NCBI GenBank assembly: GCA_965649765.1
Contig: OZ287759.1
Span: forward strand, 30,256,001-30,320,000
Direction: 5' to 3'
DNA: 64,000 bases
Source: Bispira polyomma
Lineage: Eukaryota
Made by a program: the position numbers and the translations under genes. The notes beneath the pieces were generated by a model. It was not told where the DNA came from. It was given only the letters and a program-made list of their open reading frames with translations, and did no database searches. Positions 23,551-36,500 of this stretch are shown here, one piece after another; positions within the stretch are counted from its first letter, which is position 1, and each line of letters begins with the position of its first letter.

Positions 23551-26500
23551 TAAATGTACATGGGAAAACTGAGGGGTATCAGATTAATATTTCTTACACT
23601 GTGTGCCTGTGTCTATTTTAAAAGACAACTATTGTTACATTTATTGTTTAGTATGGCTACAAATGTTTTTCTTTTACAAATGAGGTTATATGATTGATTT
23701 TAGATTTATGGCAACTGACCTGTCTTTGTTTCCGGTTGCACAATTTTTTTTATTTGACCAGAATTCTAACTATGTTATTAAGATTAACATATATATTAAG
23801 TTATATCAATATATTCTTTTTCATTTTCAGTTAAAGAAGGGCATCAAAATAATGCATTATAAGTGCATTATAGATTCAGGGTGTTATGTCTGAGATGTGA
23901 ATTCTTATATAACACACATTAGCATTATCTTTGTACCCTTCTTCTACCTGTTGTTGTGTGAAGTTCTTATATATTTTAGATATCTGGTTAAGTGTACATT
24001 CTGTACTCCAAAGAATACAGATTAAAAGGTATAGGAGAAGTAATACAATAGTAAAAATCATTTAATGGAAAATAGGGGCAGGACAATATCTGGTAGTAAA
24101 ATGCTGATTGGAATTATGATCAAAATCAAATATGACATTTGTTCTTTTATTTTATGCCATCAGATCAGCTCATATATGTGAGTGATGTATATGATGCTAT
24201 ATCTAAATCAAAAAGAATCAATTAATGCTTTTTATACTACATGGAATAAAAATTTAAGTGTACACTTATTCATGTTACAAAAGAACCATAAAATTAAATT
24301 GAATACAATACATTGTTAAAGTGTGATTTTAATTATTCAGTGTTTTAATCACACGCAGCCTTATGTTGTTTTTACTCTGACAAGGCCATCACCATTGAAA
24401 AGGGCACCGCCATCTTGCAAATAATATGTAAAGCCTTCATGGATTGAGTTGAGTTTACCAGCCCCCCCCCCCCCCCCCCCCCCTGTATAGAGTCAATGGG
24501 AATAAAAATAAGACCATAGAGAAGTTTTGAGAAGAAGTGATTAGAACTGAGGTTTTTACAATATATCACTGCACTGTTGCAAGTGTCCTATTGGCTCATA
24601 CTAAAATACCTTTTCCTATATATTATTTCCAAACTATAATGCCAACCCATCTCACGAAATATATTCAGGTAATAATAATTCTACTACAATTGAAATTGTT
24701 CTACATATACAGATTTAAAATCTGCCTAGGCGAAATTAAAATTTCAATCGCAGCCAGGCAGATTTTAAATTTGCCTTGGCAAGATTAAAATTTTACTAGA
24801 CAAACTTGCCAAGGCAAAATCAAAATTGTAATTTGGTCTAGGAGAAAGCAAAGCAAGATAAAAAGCAAGATAAAATTTTAATTCTGCCTTGGCGGATTCT
24901 AATTTCGCCTGTGACATATACATAGATGCCAATAGCTGCAAACACCAGTAACCATTTGCAAGCCTTTAAAGATGTTTTCTACCCACAATTTCCCTGGCAC
25001 TACCTTTTCATGTATATTATGTCCAGTCTATAATGCCAATCAACCCCCGAAAAATATTATAGGTAATAAAAGTTCTACTACGATTTAAGTGGTTCACCAG
25101 TAACCATCTGGATGCATTTAAAGATGATTTTTGTTACCCACAATTCCCTTGGCACTATCTGTCTGTATTTTATTGGCTGTTAAAATCAGCCTCTTCTCTG
25201 TTTTGTACTCACTTCTAGATTAACCCTGGGACTGCATTGATCAAAGGTCTTAAACCCTTAACCTAATGCTTAAACTCATCAAACTAAAATAAACCCCAAC
25301 ATACATATATATATATACACATGTGTACATGAATATATAAATAGATTCCTTAAAAGGTGGGAATAAAACATACACAAGTTACCATTTTGTTTCAACAGAG
25401 CTTTTAGATAGGGAATTCAAAAATATTTGTAGTCAGATTTGAGACACATTTCTTTATTGTTCATAAACATACAGATGGTATTTTAGTGAGATTAAGGTCT
25501 ATATCCTTTTTGATATAAATATGGACTACTAGAATTATCTTCTTCTATAGGCCCCATAAAGTCTAGCGGAATGTTAGTGAGAATATTACATTGAGTATCT
25601 AATATCCAATACAAGAGAAGACCCTTTAAACACATTTGCTGAAGTGTTGATATAAAATTGAGAGAGTTATGTATTTTTTTTCACAACCATAGTTTGGGTA
25701 TAGTGAAATGCAATTTGCAAGTTTGGTAAACAAAAACAATATTATAAGGTCCATGTAATTATAGAATTTGAATTTAAATGGGTTTTATGTCGCTTTTTAA
25801 CAGCTAAGGTCATATCACAATGGCCAGATATTAGGGTGGAGGAAGTCAGTGCTGAAGCCAGTTTTTAAACCATTGGCCTATGGCAAGTATGTGACAAACT
25901 CTTTTACATGAAGGAACAAATAGGATTCGAACTGTCCTTAGGGAGAGATTATAAAACTAATGCTTTTAACCACAAGGGTAATACAGCCCCTCCTATTATT
26001 TAGAGAAATATCTATAGTCCCACAAAATCTCTTATAAGTGGACGTCCTGCTTAAGTATTTCAAACACTATTTATAAGTATGTATGTCTATTTGCAGGTTG
26101 AATCACATTTAAAGGGTTTATATTTTACATGCTAATTTATTTTTACATGCCTTGTTAAAACATCATGTTTCTCCATTCCTTAAGTTGTGTTCAGGACATC
26201 ATCTTGAGCGCCCAACATGGAACTTTAAAAAAGTGAGCATGACATGATTTTGTGATCAGAAGATAAACTGGTGATTACAATATCAACTTGTGCTCAGCAA
26301 ATAATTTACCTGCTACTGTGGCCTACTTGTTTAAACAGGTGTCCCATATAGATGATAAAAGCATAACAGTGTTGCAATAAATTTGTTGGTGATTGTAACC
26401 ATTGTTCGTGTGCAATTGCCAGGAAAAAACAATAACAAAAGGGACCTTCCAACGCCATTGTTAAGATGACCCAGGAGATACAGATTGGACAGCCATTGGA

Positions 26501-27039
26501 CAGTGAGATAGTAGTGAGACAAGGACAGGAGAACGGTACAACAAATGGCCACAGATGGAGATGTCTGATTTGCACATGACAGTAATAAGACCACTGTGAG
26601 ACATTATTGCGATTTTTGTACAACATTGTTCCATTAGAGGATCCCGCTTGTCACTTACTGTTGCCTTACTGTTGCCTACTTTAATTGATTTGGCATCAAT
26701 AAGAGACAATGAGGACAATGACACACGACAGGTTGGCGACTTCCAAGACAAAGATAAAACATAAAGCCGATTGTCTCCACATTGTCTCCTCAAATGGTTG
26801 TAGTGGCACGGAATTTAAACATTTTAAAATTCCGTCCCACACTAATGAAGCGGATGCAAATACTTGAGACAATGAAGAGACAACAGAGAGACACCAAAAG
26901 AAATTGAGGAGACATCAAGGAAACAATAGGGAAAACTTTTTACAATTACACACCCTTTAATGTTGATGTTTGTCATCCATGTTAATGTTAATGTTTTTAC
27001 TTCTATAGTGCCACAATCGATGACCAGGCATCCTCTGTG

Positions 27040-28325
27040 GCGCATATCCTAGTAATTGTGCAAGAGCATAGTCAGGTAGATGGAAAAAAGTTCGTGATCA
27101 GAGATTCAGTCGTGACCATCAAATGCATGCTAGGGTGGGAAAGCGAGCTGATACAAACGTGTTTTGAGCCTTTTTCTGAAACCTATGATGCTTGTCTCAG
27201 TCCAAAGACTGGTAGGGAGGCTATTCCATTCAGCAGGTGCTGCAACTAAGAATAATTTTGAACCAGCTTGTTTTTTTGGTAGGAAACCAGAGGTGGAGAG
27301 ACGATTACCTCTGGTGAGATTGCTAAGAGACAGCATAGAAGATAAATAAGCAGGTTGATGTACATGAACTGTCTTAAAAATGAGGACAATTACCTTAAAT
27401 TTAATACGAAACTCAATAGGTAACCAATGTAATTGTTTCAGCAGGGGAGTAGTGTGAGTGTGAGGGCCAATATGGCTTACTATTCTGCACAGGTTATTTT
27501 GTATTTTCTGTAGTTTGTTTATTTGGCCCTTTCCAATTCCATATAGTAGTGAGTTACAGTAATCTAGTCGACTAGATACCATGGCATTTGCCACTGCAAT
27601 GGCATTTTCTTGGGTAAAATGTCGTCGAATCCTGCGAAAGTCATGGATGTTGCCGTAGCAGGAATGACAAATGTTCGAGACATGTTTTTTGAAGGAGAAG
27701 TCAGAGTCAAAAGTAACTCCTAGGTTCTTCGCACTGTCAGCAGGAACAGTGCTGTTACCAAGTAGGGTAGCAGGGAAGAAGTCAAGAACCTTTTCCCTTT
27801 GATGTTTTGAGCAATAAGTAGGAATTCTGTTTTGTCACGATTGAGTTTCAATTTTGAATTACTCATCCAAGATTCAATCAAAGACAGGCGGCTAGCAAGC
27901 TGTTCCAGGATCTGAGAACAATTTTTGGGAGTGAGGGAACAGTAGATCTATGTGTCATCTGCATAGAAGTGATAGCTCATATTGTGGTGTGAGGATATAA
28001 TACTTGCGAGGGGAGTAGTGTACAGTGAAAACAGAAGAAGCCCTAGGACAGAACCTTGAGGGACACCAAAAGGGAGATCAGAGGGAAATGACTTAGTTCC
28101 GTTGATCCTGATAATTTGTTCACGGCATTCGAGATAGGATTCAATCCATTGAAGAATCAAGTCAGATAGCCCAAACCAAGAATTAAGGCATTCAGAAAGT
28201 ATCTTGTGGTCAATTGTGTCAAATGCAGCAGACAAATTGAGGAGGGTGAGGGCAGCCACACCAACCCTATCTGAGATCATATTGATGTCACTGTTAATTT
28301 TTAGAAGTGCTGTTTCAGTTGAATG
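27040..28325 (-). mobile_element. 5'-truncated, degraded L2/CR1-group LINE
   Basis: HSTETALL, LSAAFD, GVPQGSVLG, YADD, SRLDYCNSLL, LHWLP and LAFPP motifs; absent from duplication copy 2. Confidence 0.92.
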
Positions 28326-29248
28326 GAAATACAACCAATATACCTATCTGGGATGGGACCATAAGGAACACAGAAGACCTGTGTTCAATCACAGTTTGGG
28401 GTAACCAGGCTCAGGTAAATACGTAGTAGATCGAATGACAATTTAAATGGCGGTCCTTTGTCATTGATAGGATTTATACACAATAGCAGGCTAAAAATCC
28501 TTAGGGAAATTGATCAATTGTCGACTCCAACCGTCTTTCTCTCTTCAGTTAGGAGAATGATAGTAAACTGTTGCTGGATGGCTGCTGTCAGTCACCAAAA
28601 AGCTCAATTAGCACTTAATAATTAGATGAAATAATTTAATGTCCCAACAGTAGCTCTATATTTCTTTGCAAATTCACAAATATAATTTCTGAAAAGAAGT
28701 GACCTAATTGCAGGAAACTGCTCTTTGAACCCTTGAGAGGAAAAGAAGAATTTTTTTCTTAAAAATAAGCTTACTTTACAAAGTGATGCATCATTTGCGA
28801 TAAACGCGCGTGACATTAACAAATTGGCAGCCAGTTAATAAACTGTAGTTTTAAAAGCTCAGAAGAAGCTTTGCCACTAGAGGCCACTGTCTATCCAGGG
28901 AGGATGGGATCAGGGGTGGTGTGATAAATACCCCTTCCTAGACATTATTTATTGTTTTTTAAACTCACAGTCCTAACCTCCTATCCTTAAAATCCTCCCA
29001 CAAAGGGGGGAAATAGCCATAAATTATCAATGGCTGCTAAAGACAGTACCACAAAAGAGGGGTTGGAAAAGAATTTCTTTGTGTTATTGTGGTTTTATTA
29101 GCTGAATAACCTTGTTACTAGAGTGTGTTTAATAGATTGTATATTTTTATGTTGTCAGTTTTGAACTGCTTCTATTACGTCAAATATTGAAAATAATTGC
29201 AAGAGTATATAAACATTTAAAAAAATACATTTGGCATGTAAGCACTAT

Positions 29249-29472
29249 GGGGGCTGCGGTGGCATAGTGGTTATAAGCGTCTGCTTTAAAATTACTGGCC
29301 TCTCACCTCTGGGGATCAAATCCAACAGATTCCTTCTTCATGTGAGAAAGTTTGTCAGGTACTTAGGTCAGTGGTTTACAGTGCTTCAGCACTGGTTTCC
29401 CCTCATAACTAAACTTGGCTGTCGCAATATGACCTAAGCTGCTGAAAGCGACGTAAAACCCAAATAAATTCT
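29249..29472 (+). mobile_element. tRNA-derived SINE
   Basis: Full head, body and tail of the main family. Confidence 0.8.
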
Positions 29473-29854
29473 TAATTACTAACAACTATACCTCTTGAAA
29501 AAGTATGTAATACATTTGTGAGCAAACAAAATCATATTTAACCATTTGTGTTGGTTGATTTCTTGATTAAAACCAACAACCAGTTTAAATATTCAAAATT
29601 GGTTGTTGCTTTCAGACTCAATCTTTCATATATATTACACAACACTTTCAATTAGTTTTATTGACTTTAAGGCCCTTAACAACTGGTTAAGGAAAATCCA
29701 AAATTAAAACCAAGGGTAGCTGTAGTATATATTGTATAAAATACATAGGTATTTATACTTGTTGCTTATCTATTTTGGAAAGTTTATTTAATATTAACCT
29801 AACACACAAAAATGAAATCCTCTTATATTCTTTCCCCCCCCCCCCGCCGCCCCC

Positions 29855-30073
29855 CCCCCCAGTCAGGAGCTCACAATACAATTCATACACAATATTATTA
29901 TTATATACATTTTTAACCTACTTTATTGATGCTAGGCATCGTCTCAAGCGCAACAGCAGAATCTCCCCCCAGTCAGGAGCTCACAATACAATTCATACAC
30001 AATATTATTATTATATACATTTTACACCCACTTTATTGATGCTAGGCATCGTCTCAAGTGCAACAGCAGAATC
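29855..30073. repeat. Direct tandem duplication, about 108 bp x2
   Basis: ccccagtcaggagctcacaatac...gcaacagcagaatc occurs twice in succession. Confidence 0.85.
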
Positions 30074-32077
30074 AGTGATCCAGTCATGTAGTTCATGGGC
30101 ATAGCAAGGTTATAAGGAAAGATGTAAGGCAAGTATTCCATGTATAACAGTTGCAATATCTATCTAATCAGTCAAAAAGCGCCTATATTTGTAAATAAAA
30201 CCAAAAAAACACAAAACAATTTAGTTCTCAGTATAAATATATGCCAAGTGTGTTATAAGTAAGAAACCTATTTGTATTTTCAAGACTGTTAAGGCTACAG
30301 ATAGATTGTAATACTATTTTAAGAGCTGTGTTGTAAAACATGTACTGAATCTAGTGTTTTTACAGTAATAGAATTTTCATTTTTAACAGAAAATATGGCC
30401 TATGAATAAACACTTGGCTTACAGCTATAAAGTTTGGGTTTTGTGAATTTCAAGTGCTTGATTTATTGGGTCTTTGTGCAAAGCAGCACACCATAAAAAG
30501 GCATCTACACCACATAACATGGGACATTTATGGGACACTAACTCCTTTACTAAAAATTGAAAAAAAAAAACAACAGAAAGTGTTTTTGTCTGTTGTTGGT
30601 TTCTATTAACAATGTCAAGGTTAAAGCCTGTGTGTGATTTTTATTATCCAAGAGCAATAAAAACTTTGAAATCTCCCAAAAATGAAAGCAACAGTTTTTT
30701 CTTCATGATTACGGATAGAATTGAGAAAAAGAAACAAACTTGCTGATGAGCAAATGAAATGACATGACACAGTTAAATTAATAATTATTAGCTTGACATT
30801 AGGTGTTATAATTAAATTTGTGGTAAACTAGGTCAAAATGTAAAATTAATCATGCTCTACATTACTTGTAACCGTTTAAGTCCTATCACAATACCCAGAT
30901 TTAACACTAGGAAAATTTAGTGCTGAAGCACGGTAAACCACCGACCTCCGGTACGAGTATCTGACAAACTACCCCACATGGGATTCAAACCCCAATTGGT
31001 CGGAAAGTCAATGATTGTGAAGCGAAAACTTCTAACTACAAGGCCATTATGCCCCCTATTGTAAATAGGGATTAAATGTATGTTATGTTAAATGTAATCT
31101 CATTGATAAAGTCCTTGATCGACTTGACCTTTACCCCTCAAACCCTTTTAACCCTTTTGGCCTTCATGCAGTCAACTGGCAACTTTCCCACATACAAATG
31201 AAGGCCGATATTCAAACCACTGATAACAGAGTTTGGAAGTAAGTGTGTTATCACTACACCACCAAGGTCCCTCACACATATTGTAATGTGAAAAATGTAT
31301 GTGTAGGTTTATATTGTGATATAATCCCCAGTGATGCTGCCACACACAGGACAAAGCCTTACATCCATTAACCGTCAGGTACCCATTTATACGCATTGGT
31401 AAAGAGGGACAGTTTTTGTGTGAAGTACTTTGTTCAGGGGCACAATCTCTGCTCCAAATCAAACACCCTAACCACAAGGCCACAGGGACCACATGTAACC
31501 AATGTATATGGTACACACCACTAATACCAAGTTTACCACCTTACCATACATTGCAAAAATATACAATGGAACTTTTATTATCCGAACATGCTGGTAGAGA
31601 GTAGCATTTGTTGGGATAATAGAAGGTCAACTAAACAGAGTAAGACTTTTTAGTACAAAACAACAGGAAATCATCAATTTTGGAGAATGAAAAAAGATCA
31701 TACATATGATTCCAACATGATGAGCTGCACATGAATGCAATTTTTGTCTGTGCACACACATTTAGCTGAAGCAATAATGTCCTCCGTCTGGCATATGATA
31801 TGATAGATGTGCCTAATTGATGCCAGGTATCTTTTAAAGCGCATAATCATTGACAAAGTTGTTAAAATCGTAGTCTGTTTCCAATGCAAATTCATTCCAA
31901 TGTATTACACTCTTAGATCACAGCTTATGTCTACAATTTTTGGATAACAGAAAGTTGGGTTAGTAGGGGTTCTTCTGTATTTTAGTATGTGTCCCAAACT
32001 AATTTCTACTGTCTAGAAGTTCAGAAACCCTATTATCTACTACCAGCCACATCCGTCAATGAACATTACAGGCTTAC

Positions 32078-32139
32078 CCAACCACCAGAACAACTGTCAG
32101 CATGTAATAAAGGACAGTATAATGGCCTCGAGGTCCAGG
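32078..32139 (-). other. Candidate upstream exon of the receptor gene (possible signal-peptide core)
   Basis: ttgtttttctcag|CCT...GTT GG|gtaagc; 62 nt encoding PGPRGHYTVLYYMLTVVLVVG, whose phase-2 end fits the 21109 acceptor. The paralogous copy (60825-60887) is 63 nt, which weakens the call. Confidence 0.35.
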
Positions 32140-33301
32140 CTGAGAAAAACAACCACAAAAACTCAAGAACCAGCTTGGTGTGTTGTAAGGGTTGGGGGGG
32201 GGGGGTTAGGGCTGTGATTGTTGCCGTATTTGCTCTGTGAAGACCATTATTTTTTATACTATTCTATTCTAGAAAAGTGCTCTTCAACTTAATCTAACTC
32301 TGCTATAACTTAATCTGTGTGTTTGGGTATTTCATGTAAGTGAAGCACGCAGAACATTGTCATTTAAACAAATTTTACTTTCTTTTTTTTAAGAAGGAAA
32401 TAGACAATTGGTTATATATATATAACCCCCCCCCCCCCCCTCCATAAAAATGTAAAATATGGTGCACACAATAAGGTTTGAGTTAGTATGTACTGCACAC
32501 TGGCTAAAAACACTAAACAACAACATCTGAGGGTGCCCAACCCAAGAGCTCAAACATCAATTACTGGGAGTCTGAAACAATCACACATCATGCTTCCTTT
32601 GATGGGGAAGAATTAGATTTAGCCCCATCTAGATGTATGGTGTGTGTGTGTGTGTAGTAAATATGGCAGATTGAGGGAACAGAGGGGTGGTGGGGGTGAA
32701 TTGGGGGGAGTGAGAAGGAGGGTTGGGTTATATCTGAGGGGTGGGTTATATCTAGGAAAAACTTTGGTAGGGTTTTTGTGAATAGCAATACTGGATAGGG
32801 AAAGCAGAGGAGATTTAAAGGAACCCCTGATATCAGTTTGCAAATATATATTGTTGTAAAATCTGTTATCATATCTTAGCAATAGAAATGAGCTTTCAAT
32901 TGCTAAATGATACATATCAGGGTAGTCTTATGCATGTTGAAACTTCATTTGATTATTTCTAAAACACATTAGTTTTCAGTATTTTATATATAAAAATATT
33001 TTATGTGACAAATCTACTGATGTAACTTTCATTTGTATGTATAACCCCAATTAAACAACAAAATGATCGCTCAAAATGGACACAAATTTATGGCTTGCAT
33101 CAATAAAAATCAAAGCATTGTCGAGGTGAGAAGCTCGGTCTATATCAAACTCATAACGAATCAACGAATCTAACGAATCTATTTGCAAAGCAATACTTGA
33201 GTTATTACATTATATATAGTAAACTTCTGTAATCACAAAGGTCCTATAAGTCCCTCTCATTACATTTCCTGATCGTCAGTAAATTCCTATAAACCCATAT
33301 A

Positions 33302-33530
33302 AGGGACCATTGTGGATTAGTGGTTAGAAGTGTTAGCTCCACAATCGCTTGCTTTTCACCAATGTCAGTTTGAATCGCGTATGTTCCGTGATGTGGCAAA
33401 GTTTGTCATGTACTTGCCGTAGGCTAGTGGTTTACAGTACTCCGGTAGTGACTTTTTCCACCATTGAATCTGGCTTTTGGGATATGAAATAAGCTGTTGA
33501 AAGTGACGTTAGACCCAACTAAATTCAAAT
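33302..33530 (+). mobile_element. tRNA-derived SINE
   Basis: Same head, body and tail as the 11009 and 29249 copies. Confidence 0.75.
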
Positions 33531-36500
33531 ACAAGCCCATAAAGAACAAAACTATTAAATGTTTTTGTAATTAAAGCAAAGTTTCTTTTAAAAAAATGAC
33601 TTACAGTTTTGTTGTATTGTATGAACAATGTTTTACCTTGTAATGCCTTAGTATAGAATGAATCCAGTTTAAGCGACTTGTAATAACTCAAGCCATAGAC
33701 CATAGTAACATATATCAATGTCTCAAATTTCTTTAGCCTGCCACTGGGGACAGGACTCAATGGCAGAAGACCACAATTGTAAGTGGTTACCCTGGCAACT
33801 ATGTGTCTGACTATAGCTGGTCGTCTCAGACTGGGATCAAACCCAGGTAGTCTGCTTTCCTGAGCGAGTGTCTTACCTACTGCGCTACCGTGGCAGATAA
33901 TAGGAAACATAAGGGATCGATTACTCTCCACTTTAGATGTATATGTTGCATATGTCAGAAGATACAGACTGGGAGATATATTTTTATATCCTCTGGCTCC
34001 TGTGAATATGTATTACCAATTGCAGTATTTATAGACATTTCCAAGATGTTAGTGTTCAGATATTTGTCACTTTTGTTAACAAAATAAAGTTAACATAACA
34101 ATCTTAGAGACATTTAGGAGACCAAATATTACATCCTCGTCCTATGGACCTAGCTTGGTCTTCACCCGTAATAAACTTAAAAATAATATGTGTCACTCGA
34201 GTAGCTTCTCTGTGGCACTTCAAATTTGATATGCTAAACCACTATACCTCGTCCAATAAAGCTCCCCTCTACCTTTTAGCACAATAAGAACAGTGTAAGA
34301 GATATGATGTTTCTCTGTTTTTTGGCTAGAGGTGGGAGAGCTGGTATTGAGTGGGGAGAAGAAAAAAGATACTCCATTATCCCTCACTAGAAGGCTGATA
34401 ATTTACCCTGATAGATAAATGGAATGTGTCCTGTGTGTTAGATTCTAACAAGGGAACAGAGACAGCACTTCATTCATTGTCACTATTTCTCCTCCCCCCC
34501 CCCCCCCTTTTGCCATTCCCGTGAAGTATCTCTGAGTCTCTGATGAAATATATCTTGTAAATGTCTGATTGAACGAACAACTCTTGACTGTATTCTCTTC
34601 CATAAAAATCCTTAACAAAAAATTTCACGCTTAACTCTAAGGTTTCCATATCTTTGATGGAAGAAACTATACATAAAATTTTTACCTAAAAAGGAAATAC
34701 AGCCTTGTGTATAGACTTTTACATAGCTTTTATTTGAGTTGAGTTTAAAGTTTTTTTAGGAACTCTGGCACTGTATTATAAATGAAAAACATATTTAAAT
34801 TCAGCGCTTAAAGCTTCAATCAATGCCACAGGTACAGGTTATTTTTACCAAAAAGAGGAAAGTCTTCATATGAGTTAAGTTGAAACTTGAGTTTGTCTTG
34901 GGACTCTGGAACTGTATGTTGAGACTTAACTCGTATGAAGGTTATGTGGAAGTCTATAGCCAAAAATAACCTGTAATTGCAACCATTCCCTTTAAGAGCT
35001 TTGAACGCTGAGTTCAAATATGGTATTGCATTTTACGTTTTTAACAGGCCTTATTGATGCAACGTATCTTCTGAAGTGCAACACCAGAATCAATGAACCA
35101 ATCAAGAGGTCCAGACATATAGCCAGGTTGTAGGGAAGGATGTGGGCTTGTACAGGGAGGGAACTAAGGGAGGGCAACTGAGCTTGAAAAGATAGGTTTT
35201 AAGTTTTCTTCCTAAACCTGGAAAGTGTTTCTAGGCATCTAAGCTCAATTGGGATACTATTCCATGACATCAAGGGGCAGAAAGAAACCAGAAAGTCTAT
35301 ATATAAATATACAATCACAGTGTCAGATATATTTAGACTTTAGGCATGAGTTTGAGCCTGGGCTGAGCTTGAAAATTCTAGTGAAAACGGCCACAGGTGT
35401 TTAGATCCTCACCCCCCAAAAAAACTACAGAATGACAGTGGACTGATGGTGTCATACCATTACCTAAAAAACATTACACTGCGGTAACCTGCTTACGTTG
35501 GTTATATCTCTTCATCCAAATGCCATCTGCCATAAGCAATTGCATGAACAATCCAGAACTTTGAATTTTTCACACTGCACTTCCAGTTCAACTATAAAGT
35601 CTCCCTAAATGTGGTTGGAGTGAAGTGAAATAAATTATGACTGCATCTTTGAATTCAGTGTTCAAAGTTGCTATTAAAATTGCTGGTGATAAGTACAGGT
35701 AATTTTCACATAGAAGAATTCCAGAAAGCCTATACCTGATTTATATAGCGCCGTATCCATTCAAAGAAATGCTCTAGTGCAATAAATATATACTGTTTGA
35801 TAAAACAGTACTTGATTAAAATGTAATGACGCTGCTTACAGCTAGGGGTTTCACTAAGAATAAGTTACAATTTGTTATTCCAAAGCTATTTTAATAGTTT
35901 AATATATTTTATAAGCTGTTTTAAAAGGTGTGTTTTTTGTTGAGACTTGAAGGACCCTACGGTCTTAGCATGTTTGACATTATCTGTCAAATTAATCCAT
36001 AATGATGTAAGGCAAACGTGGATGTTACCAAAACTCTTATGTCATTAAAGGGCCTAATATGGATCATTATCTAAGGTGATAGTTTTTATCAATTTTGTCT
36101 ATTTGCCTCCCAGTTTCAATGTATATAATAAAACAGACAAATTGATGAGGTTTGGGGGTTGTGTCATTTGACTCTGACTGAACACAAACCTAGTTTCAAC
36201 AATTTCTTTGTGCTGGTAATATATTTGTTTTCACATTTGGCCCCAAATCTGATCAAGCAATCTGTAATTTGTCAAGTCATTTAAAAGAACAAAAACAAAT
36301 TTCTGAAGGAGCCATGGATATCATCTTTCCATTTTGAATTGGATAACACCAAATCTCCCGCATTGCATTGATCTAGGCAAACGCCAATTCTAAATTTAAT
36401 GATCCTATCTTCAATCACAATTTAAAGATCCTATCTTAAATAGTTTAAAAAAACAATATACACTCCATCTCTAATAGTCTGTGTCCCATTGTGAAGCCCA

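Larger units (their letters stand above)
21120..35605 (+). repeat. Segmental duplication, copy 1 (collinear with 47643-64000)
   Basis: Ordered anchors: 21850/48255, 22755/52535, 25130/54675, 28550/56200, 30480/59030, 32455/61200, 34375/62612 and 35570/63962. Confidence 0.93.

Noticed and set aside
23876-24061. Minus-strand ORF MIFTIVLLLLYLLICILW as the receptor signal exon
   Set aside because: No good donor follows, and the ATG and frame are not kept in copy 2 (about 53290-53355).
30740-30775. ctgatgagcaaatgaaa as a minimal hammerhead ribozyme
   Set aside because: No stem III or cleavage triplet can be formed, and the motif is lost in copy 2.
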